This document shows, one piece after another, positions 10,067-20,924 of a stretch of DNA of 64,000 nucleotides (the first letter of the stretch is position 1; the number at the start of each line of letters is the position of its first letter). Below the pieces are notes generated by a model. It saw nothing but the letters and a program-made list of their open reading frames with translations, did not search any database and was not told the DNA's origin. Source of the stretch: a virus. The position numbers and the translations under genes were made by a program. Where the stretch lies: IMG/VR virus record IMGVR_UViG_3300010165_000001, positions 76,165 through 140,164 of that record; one strand, 5' to 3'.

Positions 10067-13000
10067 TTATTCTTCTCTCATCGTACACATAAGTCTTCTA
10101 ATTCTTGGTCTTAAGAAGCTATTTTGTGTTTCTAAATCTAAACGAACTTTAAAGTTATCATATGTTCCACTAGATTTAACTTTTTCTTCTATAACATATC
10201 TATAGAATTCTGTGTTTGCTCTTCTAACATCTGGTGTCTCAGTGAACGTTTTCCATGTAGAACCATTATCTGTAGAATATTTAGGTGTTACTTTTGTTCC
10301 TTGTGGTAAGAAAGCTTCATAACTTATTCTAATAGTGTTGTATGGTGCTTCTGACATGTCGATTGCTCTACCTACATAACTACCTGTTAATTCAGTTAAG
10401 AATGTAGTAAATGTTAAGTCACTTGAGCTTAGTAATGGGGAAATATATCTATTAGATTTAAATGTAGCTCTAAGTTTAATCTGTCTAGCTTTTGCCCCTA
10501 AGTCAATATCTTGATAGTTACCAATTGGTTGCCAAGTAAGCATATCGAACGTTACACCTTCATCCATGTCTTCAAAAATAATCTTAGCTTCCCAGAAACA
10601 ACCTGTATTTTCTGGAGTTAGATAAGAAGACATAAGCACTACTCTATCTGCTTCTACATTCTCAATAGGGTCAAATTCTATAGTACCGTTTTCTTCATAT
10701 CTAGAAGTATATACGCCAAATTTCATATCAGAGTTTTGGTGAACAGACCATGTACTTGCGTTGGATGAACTGAATAGTACACCTTCTAAATAAGGGTTAC
10801 CAGATATTGTTTCTTTAGGTTTATCTATTTTCGGTTGTGTTCTTGTCCCTATCCACATAGTATAATCATCATTCTCTGTAATAACTACAATTGCATACTC
10901 TTTACCTGCTTGAGCCATCATTGGGTCATCAAAGTAAACTCTTGTTTCTGCACTTGCATCATTAGAGATTTTAATGTCGTCAGCATTTAATACTGTTTCA
11001 GCACAAATTACTTTTGTTGGGAAACCTTGGTCTCCCATTTCACGAATTTGAATTGTTACGTTAGAATTCTTATCCCCTTTACTAGCAAAGTATAATCCTA
11101 GAGAACTTATCGTTCTATTATCTAAGAATTGGAATGATTGTGCTAGTGGGTCTACTAAGTTAATCGTAACTCGTGTACGAATAATAACATCTTGTACTGT
11201 TTTCTTACGTCCATGTGCTGAGTATGAAGTAGAAGCTACAGATTCATCGTTTCTTATTGTAACCTCTCTTGTACCACAACGTACACCTGCTGGAATTGTA
11301 AAGTGACCTTCAGCTCTTCCTTTAGCATTTGTTCTAATTGTACCAGATTCAGAACCTTTTGTGAACCCTCTATCTGTATGTGGAACAATAGGACAACGAA
11401 TTCCATCGAACAGTACGTATAAGTTATCAGCATTAGGATGTAATCCTGTAACTGTAAAATTAATATCTCTTACACGAATAAATTCAATAGCTTCTTCTAG
11501 TGTTCTAGTTCCACCTGCTTCAAGCATTGTACCAGTACGACCATATTTAGTATCATATCTGTAAGCAGCACCTGCTGTTCGTCCTTGATTACCCCATGAT
11601 TGCCCTGCATCTAATTTAATATTATTAAATGCTGCTTGTTCATTAGAACCGAACCTGTTAGGGTCATCTAAGTGTCTCCACCAACGATTAACGGTCATTG
11701 TTTTTGTTTTTTGGTCTGTAACTGTAATACGTTCCTCATCAATCCAGTTATCCTCACTTGGTGTAATTCGTAATACGCCTTGTTTATTTGGAATGTTATA
11801 AGGGTTAACGTTCATTGTTTCACTTGCTTGTGATTGGAAAAGTGCCCTCTCTTCTGTAAATGGAGCAGAAACTAATCTTCCCCATATATGAGCATTTGTT
11901 TTGTTCTTGTCAATACTAGGTTCATTAACTGCTGTAGTAAACTGTAATGTAGCCTCAGCATCTTCAAAACTAAAGGATACACCAAAATTAGAGTTAGTGA
12001 TGTCTGCTTTATCAAGACTAATAAAACCTTCTGAAAAAACAGAACGTAGTGTAAGAGGGTCTTGCCCTTCCATTGCATCTTGGTCTAAAGCATTAACAGC
12101 TTGGTTATATTCTACGTTTTCTAGTCTTGTTTTAAGTTTCTGTAATTCAGACATTGATAAACGTTTAACAGAATCTTCTTCACAATAAGCTTCATCTGAA
12201 TTAGGTAATACAGTTACGATACCTAATTTTAAGTTTAATGGGTCTGTTTGTTGTGGTGCAACTGCCATTCTTAGAATATCAGGTTCACCTTCAAGTCTAG
12301 TAATATCCCCATATTTATTTAACATAAGAACATCTTTACGTGCTAAGTAGTAAGTATAGTCTACTAAAATAACGGATTGGTCAATTGGTTTAACACCATT
12401 TAGATTGAAGTCTAAGTATGTTCTTTCTAATACACCTTCACCTTCATTTACATTGACTACTTTGTAATCTGTTCCTTCACGCATAGTTCTTGTGTATTTA
12501 TATGATACATAGTAACTTGTACCACCTTGAGGTTCTTGACCTTGAGGAGACCAATTAATTTCTTGTCCATTGGTTAACACATAATCTTGACCTTGTTTAT
12601 ATTCTTTAAGTGTATTACCTGGGCTTGATTCTGTCCATACTTTTACAACTTCAAAAGCTGTGTTGTTTTTTAGGTAGTCTGCACTATCTCCTGCACTTGC
12701 TCTACCTACTTCTTCTTTAGTAACTAACACTTGACCAGATACTCTATCTACTGATTTAACAGGTGCATTTGCTAGAGTGATTTTATTGTCAGATTTATTA
12801 AATACTGTAGATTCATTTGTACCTTTTTTCGTTGCTGTAGACTTTGGTACAGATATTCGAGTTGAGGTTGGTTTATCTACTTTAAAACCTTCTACATAAG
12901 CTTTACCTGCATCAATAACTACAGGTACAGTATCTTTACCTTTATCTTCTGGTCTTTCCTCAGAGAAGATATTAAATCCTTCTACTTTATACGAACCTGA

Positions 13001-13564
13001 TTCGTCATATGTTCTTTCAGCTAGTATAGTATGGAACTTCTCGGCTTCAGGGTTAAGTGAACGAATATATAATTTTCCATCTTGGAAAACATGTATTGGT
13101 GCTGAAGTAGGGTCATTTAGTGCTATTGATAATTTTTCTTCGAGCCTATCAGCACCTCTAGAGAAGTAACTAGGTACACCATTTGTTTGGTCTAATAAAC
13201 TAGAATCTTCATCAGGTGTTATAATTGTTTGTGTTAATTTCAATCCTATTGTCTCTTTACCTACACCTGATAATTGAATAGAATCATCACCATCATAGTA
13301 ACGAATTCTTCCTCCTATATATACATAACCTGGGTTTAAGGTTAGGACATTATCTTGTGTTAATGTAAAGTTTAATCCTGATTGAATATCTCCGTCTTTG
13401 AAGATTGAATCTCCAAAATTCTTTTGGTAATATTCTATGATAGATTGCATTTCATTTAATTCAGCTTGTTGTAATGGTCTATCAGGATTAAACAATAACT
13501 TGACCCTATCTTTTCTAGGGTCAAATCTATCATTATAAGGAGAAGTCCTTAAATTAATTGCCAT
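10067..13564 (-). CDS. large baseplate/adsorption-associated tail protein (1165 aa)
   Basis: Size and position correspond to the roughly 1150-aa tail protein downstream of the baseplate genes in K-like phages; no enzymatic motif seen. Confidence 0.55.
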   Translation of the reverse strand: MAINLRTSPYNDRFDPRKDRVKLLFNPDRPLQQAELNEMQSIIEYYQKNFGDSIFKDGDIQSGLNFTLTQDNVLTLNPGYVYIGGRIRYYDGDDSIQLSGVGKETIGLKLTQTIITPDEDSSLLDQTNGVPSYFSRGADRLEEKLSIALNDPTSAPIHVFQDGKLYIRSLNPEAEKFHTILAERTYDESGSYKVEGFNIFSEERPEDKGKDTVPVVIDAGKAYVEGFKVDKPTSTRISVPKSTATKKGTNESTVFNKSDNKITLANAPVKSVDRVSGQVLVTKEEVGRASAGDSADYLKNNTAFEVVKVWTESSPGNTLKEYKQGQDYVLTNGQEINWSPQGQEPQGGTSYYVSYKYTRTMREGTDYKVVNVNEGEGVLERTYLDFNLNGVKPIDQSVILVDYTYYLARKDVLMLNKYGDITRLEGEPDILRMAVAPQQTDPLNLKLGIVTVLPNSDEAYCEEDSVKRLSMSELQKLKTRLENVEYNQAVNALDQDAMEGQDPLTLRSVFSEGFISLDKADITNSNFGVSFSFEDAEATLQFTTAVNEPSIDKNKTNAHIWGRLVSAPFTEERALFQSQASETMNVNPYNIPNKQGVLRITPSEDNWIDEERITVTDQKTKTMTVNRWWRHLDDPNRFGSNEQAAFNNIKLDAGQSWGNQGRTAGAAYRYDTKYGRTGTMLEAGGTRTLEEAIEFIRVRDINFTVTGLHPNADNLYVLFDGIRCPIVPHTDRGFTKGSESGTIRTNAKGRAEGHFTIPAGVRCGTREVTIRNDESVASTSYSAHGRKKTVQDVIIRTRVTINLVDPLAQSFQFLDNRTISSLGLYFASKGDKNSNVTIQIREMGDQGFPTKVICAETVLNADDIKISNDASAETRVYFDDPMMAQAGKEYAIVVITENDDYTMWIGTRTQPKIDKPKETISGNPYLEGVLFSSSNASTWSVHQNSDMKFGVYTSRYEENGTIEFDPIENVEADRVVLMSSYLTPENTGCFWEAKIIFEDMDEGVTFDMLTWQPIGNYQDIDLGAKARQIKLRATFKSNRYISPLLSSSDLTFTTFLTELTGSYVGRAIDMSEAPYNTIRISYEAFLPQGTKVTPKYSTDNGSTWKTFTETPDVRRANTEFYRYVIEEKVKSSGTYDNFKVRLDLETQNSFLRPRIRRLMCTMREE

Positions 13565-13582
13565 TCATTTTCTCTCCTTTTA

Positions 13583-14101
13583 TTAAAATTCTACAACCAT
13601 TCGCTCTGTTGTAGTTACTTGTTCAGTTCTGTTTTGGAATTGTTTGTTATCATAGAACATTAAAGTACCTTGTGAATTTAACTCACTAGGCAATAATGCC
13701 TGTTTACCGATACCTGTTTTAGGTTCTACATCGATTGCGATTCCTGCTTGTCTATGTGTACCTGTAGGTAGTTCATCTCCAACTACTTTACTTTCAAAGT
13801 ACACCCATTTAGCTCCTTCTGCTATAGCTTCTCCCTCACCAATCACTGTCCATGATTTGTTTCCGTAAGATATAATTTCTCTGTTTGAATCACTGTCTTT
13901 AGTTGGTCTAACTAATACAGCTTTTGTTACTTTCTTATATCCGATTATATCATCTAATTTTGTTGTTCTTTCAGTAGGCTCAGGTGGTGCTTGTTCATTT
14001 GACCAAGGTGTTGGTCTACCGATTACTAAGTAAGTTGTATTAATCTTACTTATGATAAACTTAGCTAGTTCTACCCTAGCATTATAGGTTGTAATTGCCA
14101 T
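13583..14101 (-). CDS. baseplate/tail structural protein (172 aa)
   Basis: Synteny with the 173-aa structural ORF of K-like phages. Confidence 0.5.
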   Translation of the reverse strand: MAITTYNARVELAKFIISKINTTYLVIGRPTPWSNEQAPPEPTERTTKLDDIIGYKKVTKAVLVRPTKDSDSNREIISYGNKSWTVIGEGEAIAEGAKWVYFESKVVGDELPTGTHRQAGIAIDVEPKTGIGKQALLPSELNSQGTLMFYDNKQFQNRTEQVTTTERMVVEF

Positions 14102-14175
14102 TTTGTTATTTCCCTTCTTTATAAGTTTTCTATCTGTTCTAATATAATATTATTATATCATATTATTGTGTTTTT

Positions 14176-17100
14176 TTAAAGTTCAATTATATCTAAACTA
14201 TAAATTGTGCTTTCATTACCATCATAAGGTCTGACATTTAATATTATAGTTTCATTTAGTCTAGGTTTATCACTTGTTTCATCTCTTGCTATAATTTCTC
14301 TTGTACCTACACCATTAATAACCTGTTCTGGATAAATAAATGTTTCATTAAAGTTAGTATTCGAATTATATACAGAGATAAATACATTATCTTTGAAATC
14401 ACCTTCAACAATAACTCTATATCTCTTACCTGTTTCTATAGGTTTAATTAAAGGATATTCAGCAAATTGTGATTGTGTTACTTTCTTCTCTTTATAACTA
14501 TCTCTAATAATTAAGTCTCTTGTAGTTGTTTCTGTAGTAACTTGAGGTACATGAGTAATATTTATCTCTTTTGTACTTAGTTTTGTATCTGCTAATTCAC
14601 CTAATGTTAAGTTAGAGTCTAATGTAAGTGATTGTTTATATACTGAAGGTACTAATGTTTTTATATCTACATCTGTATAGGTATTAATACTTTGTTTAGG
14701 TATCTTTATAACATCTCCTGTAGAGTTATCTATAGTTCCGTTTGCTACATCTTTTAATACTTTAGGTGTTGGGTTTTTATGCTCAGAGTAAATATCTACT
14801 TCTTGCCATAACGCATTAAAGAACCCATTAGGTAAGTCTACAATATTACCTATATCTTCCATCAATTTAGTTATTGTGAAATCTAAGAATGGTCTTATGA
14901 TTACTTGACTAAATGGATTTAATGTTTGGTATGTTAAGTTCTTAATACCATACAAGTCAATTGTATCATTTTCTACGTGTGTTTCTCCTACTGGTAATGT
15001 AGTAAACTTCTTCATATTAAGGAAATCATTTCCATATACTCCGTATTGTAAATTAACATTATTTAAGTCTGTTGTAGTTCTTAAACCTATAGATTGTATA
15101 TCATTGTAGACCCCTGTGAACCTGATTGTCTTATCTAGAAATGACACCATATCTTCTGGGGAAGTGTTATAAGGTGTTGCTTTAGTTTCGTATTGTAATA
15201 CAGTTTTACTAGGTTTTATATTACCTTCTATATCTTTAGCTATAATGTCTACATATTTATTGGGGTCATTAGCTCCATATATATCTTCAGGGTTAGGTTG
15301 GTAGGGTGTTGCCTTATTACCTAACTCCATTTTAACATCTTTCATTTCAAAGTCAAGGTCTTCGCTACCATTTGGTCTAAACTGTATGTGGGGCGAGCCT
15401 CCTGTATAAGAATATCCCTCTGCTTTAAAATAAACAGTTTCGTTTTCGTTATAATAAAAGTTATTACCGTCTTGTGAATAAAATCCATTCAGTGTTATCT
15501 TTAAAGGTTTTTTTGTCTTTAACTTAAATGATATAGATATTTCTTCTAACATATAGCTAAATATTTCATTTAATTCATAAAAGGCTTTAACATCCCAGTC
15601 ACCACCAGTAAGTTTTACTCGTGTATACCCATTAGAACTCTTCTCTATCGTTTTTGTAGCTCCTCGAAAAGTGTTTATATGGTTATCTATATCTTGTGAG
15701 TTAAAAACTAAGTTTCTGTTAATACTATTATCATACCCATCTGTTAACCTTAAATATTGCGTAGGTTGATAACCAGATTTAGTAATAATATCTCCATTAT
15801 CTAATTCTATATCTTTTATAGCATCTAACTCTGCTAAGTAATCTGTTTCTTGATGGTTTTCTATTAATCCTTTAAATGGTTTTATTGTATAAACATCTTT
15901 TTCATATCTTCTAAATGTTAAATCAAAGTAACCTATCCTTAATTCTGTATCTTCTTTAACAGGCTCAACTTCTAACTTAATAAATATAGTTAAGTTATCA
16001 TTTAAATAATCTACTAAGTTACCTATTTTATTACCTATATTTTTTTCTGTTAAAGTTAAAGTTTCCCTAGATACTATAACCCAAGAGTAAGACTCAAAAT
16101 CGTAGATACAAAGTTTTACAGATACAGGATTTGAAGGTGAAACCATGGCTTGTATATCTAAGTCTAAACTAACTTCCCCAAAATAATTACTAACATAGTT
16201 AGTTAGTTCTCGTTCACTCATCCCTAAATTAGAAACAACAATACCTTTTCTTCTTAAATATTCTATTGTATCTAAGTTAAAATGTATATTTGTTCGTTTA
16301 TTATTTCCTTTAAGTACCAACTCTGGTTTTATATTATCCCTAACTGATGTTTCTGTATAAAAGTCTTTAGCTAATTCTTCTCCTATGGCTTGGTTAAACA
16401 TAGTAGATATTGTTGTGACGTAATCTTCCTTTGTTGGCTCATATTTACGTTGTGTTTGATAAGCGTAGTTATAAAATTCCCTACCAACCGTAGCAGAACC
16501 TGACAAAACGTCTAAACTATTAATTAAACTATTATTTGTTTTAAAAACATCTGTAATATCTTTAACTTTAGCTATACCTAAATTTAAATGCCCGTATAAA
16601 ATTCTCCCATATCCTCTAAATATATCTACATCTTGGTATGTTGTTACTTTAGGATAACCTTTATAAAACACAGGTGTAATTATTTTATCTTCACCTAAGT
16701 CATAACTGCCATCATACGTAAAGTAAACTTTAACTCCAGCAGGTTTAAACTTGTTAATTTCATCAATAATTTCTAAAGGGAATGATTTACCGATTGTAAT
16801 ATCTATAACCGCAAACCTATAATAGTTACCCATTAAGTGGTCTTCACCATTTAAATGAGATTTATTTGTATAGAATATATTTTTAAAAGGCTCATATATA
16901 TCTACATAAACATCTTCATCCTCTAAAAACCTTTTAATAGCTCCTATAATAGAATTGTTTGTTCCTCTTTTTAAAAGTACATACTCAATAATTCTATCTC
17001 TATAAGTATCATCAAGTTCATTTTTCTTTCTAACTAATCCGTACCAATCTCCATAAATATCTAAGTACTTTCCTGTAGCAGTACCTAAACTAGATTGTAT

Positions 17101-17241
17101 TTTACTATCAATCGTTTCTTGTTCTAAATTATCTAACTCTTCACTAAACATATTAATAATTGCATAGTGAGGGTCTTTATTGTCTTTTGGGTTTTTCTTA
17201 CGTTTTAATAAAGGATGTAAGTTTTTTAAAAAGTTACTCAA
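14176..17241 (-). CDS. large baseplate protein (1021 aa)
   Basis: Follows the baseplate J-like gene; size matches the roughly 1019-aa baseplate component of K-like phages. Confidence 0.55.
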   Translation of the reverse strand: MSNFLKNLHPLLKRKKNPKDNKDPHYAIINMFSEELDNLEQETIDSKIQSSLGTATGKYLDIYGDWYGLVRKKNELDDTYRDRIIEYVLLKRGTNNSIIGAIKRFLEDEDVYVDIYEPFKNIFYTNKSHLNGEDHLMGNYYRFAVIDITIGKSFPLEIIDEINKFKPAGVKVYFTYDGSYDLGEDKIITPVFYKGYPKVTTYQDVDIFRGYGRILYGHLNLGIAKVKDITDVFKTNNSLINSLDVLSGSATVGREFYNYAYQTQRKYEPTKEDYVTTISTMFNQAIGEELAKDFYTETSVRDNIKPELVLKGNNKRTNIHFNLDTIEYLRRKGIVVSNLGMSERELTNYVSNYFGEVSLDLDIQAMVSPSNPVSVKLCIYDFESYSWVIVSRETLTLTEKNIGNKIGNLVDYLNDNLTIFIKLEVEPVKEDTELRIGYFDLTFRRYEKDVYTIKPFKGLIENHQETDYLAELDAIKDIELDNGDIITKSGYQPTQYLRLTDGYDNSINRNLVFNSQDIDNHINTFRGATKTIEKSSNGYTRVKLTGGDWDVKAFYELNEIFSYMLEEISISFKLKTKKPLKITLNGFYSQDGNNFYYNENETVYFKAEGYSYTGGSPHIQFRPNGSEDLDFEMKDVKMELGNKATPYQPNPEDIYGANDPNKYVDIIAKDIEGNIKPSKTVLQYETKATPYNTSPEDMVSFLDKTIRFTGVYNDIQSIGLRTTTDLNNVNLQYGVYGNDFLNMKKFTTLPVGETHVENDTIDLYGIKNLTYQTLNPFSQVIIRPFLDFTITKLMEDIGNIVDLPNGFFNALWQEVDIYSEHKNPTPKVLKDVANGTIDNSTGDVIKIPKQSINTYTDVDIKTLVPSVYKQSLTLDSNLTLGELADTKLSTKEINITHVPQVTTETTTRDLIIRDSYKEKKVTQSQFAEYPLIKPIETGKRYRVIVEGDFKDNVFISVYNSNTNFNETFIYPEQVINGVGTREIIARDETSDKPRLNETIILNVRPYDGNESTIYSLDIIEL

Positions 17242-17255
17242 GGTTAACCTCCTTT

Positions 17256-18302
17256 CTATTTAAGAGTTACATTTATTTCACCTGAACGAATAATTTCGTG
17301 AGGCTCTGTTATAATATTCTCATGATTTATATTATATGTCAAGTCATAAATGAGTGAATCATCTATATTCATAATGACTTGTGTTAAGTCTGCAAGTATT
17401 AAATCTTTATTTACTGTAAAATCGTTTAAATAGTTTCTAATGACATTCTCAATATGTTCTTTAAGTGTATCATTAATTCTTTGTTTGTTTGTGATTTCTA
17501 CATCAACATTCACATCTACACTTATTTTGTCTACAGGTTGAACATCTAATTTAATACCACTTGGTCTATAGTCTTCTATATTTTCATATATTTCTTTAAC
17601 CATGATATTGGATAGGTTACCATTACGGTCATGGGCGTAAACTAAAACTCTTCCTACTTGTTCATATACATATACGCCCTCAACATCTAGAACACTCAAT
17701 ACTCCATATTGAATAGCTTTGTTAGTAGCTCTTCCTCTAGATTCAATAAATAAATGGAATCTTTCTTTTAAATCTTCTAAACTTTCTAAATCTTGTCCTG
17801 TATTAAATGATGTTTCATTATCTACTTCTTTAATCACTGAGCTTGCACTTGACATACTATCAATAGTATGTTCAGGTATATTTCCATAAGTTCCTGCTTC
17901 TAAACAATACACTTCAATTTCAGCTTCAGTTGAACCTTGCTCTATATAATAGTCTACAAGAGTTTCGTATTGCTGACTGAATTGATTATTGCTAGAGGTA
18001 AATATTGTTCCTCTTGGTATATAATATCTTTGTTCTAAAGGGTTATACATTCTTAAGGTAACATCACCATATGCTTTACGATTCTTTTTCCTTTCAAAAT
18101 CAAAAGCTTCCGTTGTCCCTTCTGCAATACCCCACTCAATATTCTCTTTTGTTAAAATATAAAATTGCTCTATCTCTAAAGATACAGCTTCTAGTAATGA
18201 ACGGATTGCTGAACCTGGTGAAAAATCTGTTACTCGGTCAGTTCCTATCATTACTTTATCTATCATACGTGTTAGTATTTCAGATAGCTTTCTCGTCTTC
18301 AT
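17256..18302 (-). CDS. baseplate J-like (gp6-like) wedge protein
   Basis: 348 aa directly after the gp25-like gene; typical order and size for Baseplate_J family proteins. Confidence 0.6.
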   Translation of the reverse strand: MKTRKLSEILTRMIDKVMIGTDRVTDFSPGSAIRSLLEAVSLEIEQFYILTKENIEWGIAEGTTEAFDFERKKNRKAYGDVTLRMYNPLEQRYYIPRGTIFTSSNNQFSQQYETLVDYYIEQGSTEAEIEVYCLEAGTYGNIPEHTIDSMSSASSVIKEVDNETSFNTGQDLESLEDLKERFHLFIESRGRATNKAIQYGVLSVLDVEGVYVYEQVGRVLVYAHDRNGNLSNIMVKEIYENIEDYRPSGIKLDVQPVDKISVDVNVDVEITNKQRINDTLKEHIENVIRNYLNDFTVNKDLILADLTQVIMNIDDSLIYDLTYNINHENIITEPHEIIRSGEINVTLK

Positions 18303-18311
18303 ATTATCCCC

Positions 18312-19010
18312 CTACTCAAAAATAGCGAATACACCGCTATCGTCTGCTCCAAGAACGAAATTTAAGGATTGGTCTACCGATATGATACTAACAGAAAATT
18401 CTCCTCTAAATAAGTTACCATCAATAACCCAATTATTCAAATTCACTTCAGTAACTCTTGAATCTTCTAGTAATGTTCTGTTAATTTCATTTTGTATTTT
18501 CATTCCTTGTTCAGGTGTATTCAATTCAAATAATTTGTGTAAATCAGAACCGTAGTTAGGATGTAGTAATAAAGAACCTCTCCTAGTTAACATTCTGGTT
18601 TGTAATTGTTGTTTTAAATTCTCTATACCTCTTACTGTATCTAAATCTCTATGTCCATTATCTTTAAGAGAAAGTATTTCATCACTTGTACCACTTATTT
18701 TCATATCATCATTCGTAATATTTAAGTCTCTTCCCAAAGATAATTCAACAATTTTATCTCTATCTCTTTTATTAATTTCTTGTGCCTGAAGGTTTTTTAA
18801 GTCGTCTTGTATAGGTATGATTATGTAATCACCATAAGTAACTAACTCTTCAGGTCTCTTTTGTTTCTCTTCATCAGTATCTACAATGTACGGATATTTT
18901 AAATTATTATGTTCAATTAAATCTAACCAATGTTCTGGTGTGTCAAAATAAGATTGCGAAATGCTTTGTAACGTCTCTCCATATTGTATATAATGTTTTC
19001 TTAATCTCAT
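18312..19010 (-). CDS. baseplate wedge protein with N-terminal LysM and gp25/GPW-like C-terminal half
   Basis: YIQYGETLQSISQSYFDTPEHWLDLIEHNNL is LysM-like. RMLTRRGSLLLHPNYGSDL resembles the gp25/GPW lysozyme-like fold signature. Confidence 0.6.
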   Translation of the reverse strand: MRLRKHYIQYGETLQSISQSYFDTPEHWLDLIEHNNLKYPYIVDTDEEKQKRPEELVTYGDYIIIPIQDDLKNLQAQEINKRDRDKIVELSLGRDLNITNDDMKISGTSDEILSLKDNGHRDLDTVRGIENLKQQLQTRMLTRRGSLLLHPNYGSDLHKLFELNTPEQGMKIQNEINRTLLEDSRVTEVNLNNWVIDGNLFRGEFSVSIISVDQSLNFVLGADDSGVFAIFE

Positions 19011-19534
19011 GTCTCACCATATTCTTTCTTAATTAATGGTAATTGTAATTTTATAAAATCTATATCTAAACTTATATTTCTTAAATCTTGTATAATACTA
19101 TTATAGTCATCTATTTCACCTAAATAATCACATACATAATTAATATTATCACTTAAAATATTTAAATCTTTCTCAGTTAAATGTTTTACATTTTCTGGGT
19201 TTTCAGTTAAAGCATTTATTGTAGAATACACCTCTAAAACAATCAGTTGCATTAAACGATAAACTTTAGAATTTTGCCTTTTTAATCCTGATTTTATAAC
19301 TCTTCTTACAAAACTATTTTCCCCTAAATCTTGGGAAGTAAGTTGTACATTACCATTTTTTAAATATTTTAAATTTTCTTCTGCTAATAAACTAATTTGT
19401 AAATTAGGTGTATAATAGAAAGAAATAAAATCTAATTCATCATCTAACATATTCGTGCTTAAGAAACTATTCTTAACTTCTATACTTGTTAAAAATTTAA
19501 CCAATTCAGGTGGTTGTGGTATAATTTGATTCAT
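19007..19534 (-). CDS. hypothetical baseplate-module protein (175 aa)
   Basis: ORF track; 4-nt overlaps on both sides suggest translational coupling. Confidence 0.5.
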   Translation of the reverse strand: MNQIIPQPPELVKFLTSIEVKNSFLSTNMLDDELDFISFYYTPNLQISLLAEENLKYLKNGNVQLTSQDLGENSFVRRVIKSGLKRQNSKVYRLMQLIVLEVYSTINALTENPENVKHLTEKDLNILSDNINYVCDYLGEIDDYNSIIQDLRNISLDIDFIKLQLPLIKKEYGET

Positions 19535-20343
19535 TAAAATCCTCCTAATCCATAACCAATAGCTAAGGACATATTGCTTAAAGAACCCTCTAAACCATTT
19601 GTATTTACTCTTGGATTATATATTGTTCTTCCTTTACTATCTACGCCTAATGAGCCTACACCTTCTGGTGACGTTGAACCTTTTCCTCTAGCTCTATCTA
19701 TCGTATCCATAGCTTGTTTATTTCTAGCATTTTGTTCTTCCTCTGCTCTTGTTTGGTCTTGTATATACCTATCACTTGTATATCCAGAACTCTTATTGTT
19801 ATTTCCAATATTAGAAGAATCTATTGTATCAAACTCAGGTTCTCCTGCATCTCCTAAGATAACTAAAGAAATTTGGTATTTGTATAATAGAGATTGTTCA
19901 CTTGAACGTTCTATCTTAAATCCTTGTGGAGATAAATGTACTTTGTAAGATTCATCATCTGTTAAGTTATAAAACACCATGTCATAAGAACTCTTATTAC
20001 CACTACCTGCAGTATTACCATATTTATTAATTATATCTTCTAGCTCATCTAATTTATCTTTACCATTTTTCATTTTCCCATCAAAATCTTTACGTCTTTT
20101 TAATCCTGTTTGACCAGAGAATTGAATTGTTTTTACATCTTGTCCGTAATCTTCATAAAGAATACTTGATTGTGTTTTTAGTACTGAAGTTCTATGTGGT
20201 ATTTCTTTACTATAATCTTCAGGGTTTACTCTGAACCTATATATTTTTGTTGTACCATCACTCTTATGTTTTAATTCTAATACAAAACGTTTTAAAGTAT
20301 TTCTATCTTTTGTCGTATAATCTGCTTGTGGCACAATTTTCAC
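19534..20343 (-). CDS. baseplate-module protein (269 aa)
   Basis: GTG start at 20343 lies inside a GAGAGGTG Shine-Dalgarno-like string, so the GTG 9 nt downstream is an alternative start. First gene after the internal terminator at 20422-20448. Confidence 0.55.
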   Translation of the reverse strand: MKIVPQADYTTKDRNTLKRFVLELKHKSDGTTKIYRFRVNPEDYSKEIPHRTSVLKTQSSILYEDYGQDVKTIQFSGQTGLKRRKDFDGKMKNGKDKLDELEDIINKYGNTAGSGNKSSYDMVFYNLTDDESYKVHLSPQGFKIERSSEQSLLYKYQISLVILGDAGEPEFDTIDSSNIGNNNKSSGYTSDRYIQDQTRAEEEQNARNKQAMDTIDRARGKGSTSPEGVGSLGVDSKGRTIYNPRVNTNGLEGSLSNMSLAIGYGLGGF

Positions 20344-20421
20344 CTCTCTATATTATAACATATTTTTTATGTATCTCCAATCTATACACAACTAATATAG
20401 CACGACCTAGTTATTTTTATT

Positions 20422-20448
20422 AAAAAAAGACCTATATAAATAGGTCTT
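20422..20448 (-). terminator. rho-independent terminator inside the tail/baseplate cluster
   Basis: AAGACCTA/TAGGTCTT stem followed by T7 on the minus strand, immediately after the stop at 20454. Confidence 0.75.
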
Positions 20449-20453
20449 AATAA

Positions 20454-20924
20454 CTAATAGGCTATTATTCTAATTAATTCTTGATTTTCATTTCCTCCAG
20501 AAGAATTAGTGCGAAATCCTTCTATATAATTATCTTGAATGTATATATATTTTTGTACAAAAGCTCCTCCTTGAGCCCCTAATATAAATTTAGTAGCTTT
20601 TTCTGATTCTGTTACGTAAGGGTGAACTTTAGGAACGTACTGATAGTTGTAATTATGTGAACTACCTGTTTGTTTAAATAGAAATATCCATCCATTTTTA
20701 CACTCAGTCAGTTTTTTATCTATATCTATTCTTTCTCCATCACCTAAAATAGACTTACCTTCCCACAATATAGTATATAGTGGTTCTCTTGTATCATTCA
20801 TTATATCCTCAACATCATATTTCCACTGTTCTAAAGTCTGACCATTATTAAATGTAACGTTACCTGATAATGTTTTAGGGTACAGTTGTTGGTATTTACC
20901 ATTATTATTTCCATTCATTTGCAT
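20454..20924 (-). CDS. hypothetical protein (156 aa), last gene of the accessory trio
   Basis: ORF abuts the subtilase gene with no spacer (20924/20925); no motif recognised. Confidence 0.55.
   Translation of the reverse strand: MQMNGNNNGKYQQLYPKTLSGNVTFNNGQTLEQWKYDVEDIMNDTREPLYTILWEGKSILGDGERIDIDKKLTECKNGWIFLFKQTGSSHNYNYQYVPKVHPYVTESEKATKFILGAQGGAFVQKYIYIQDNYIEGFRTNSSGGNENQELIRIIAY

Noticed and set aside
11872-12078. Same-strand out-of-frame ORFs inside large genes (11872-12078; 29086-29271)
   Set aside because: Embedded in long continuous ORFs with no independent start signals.
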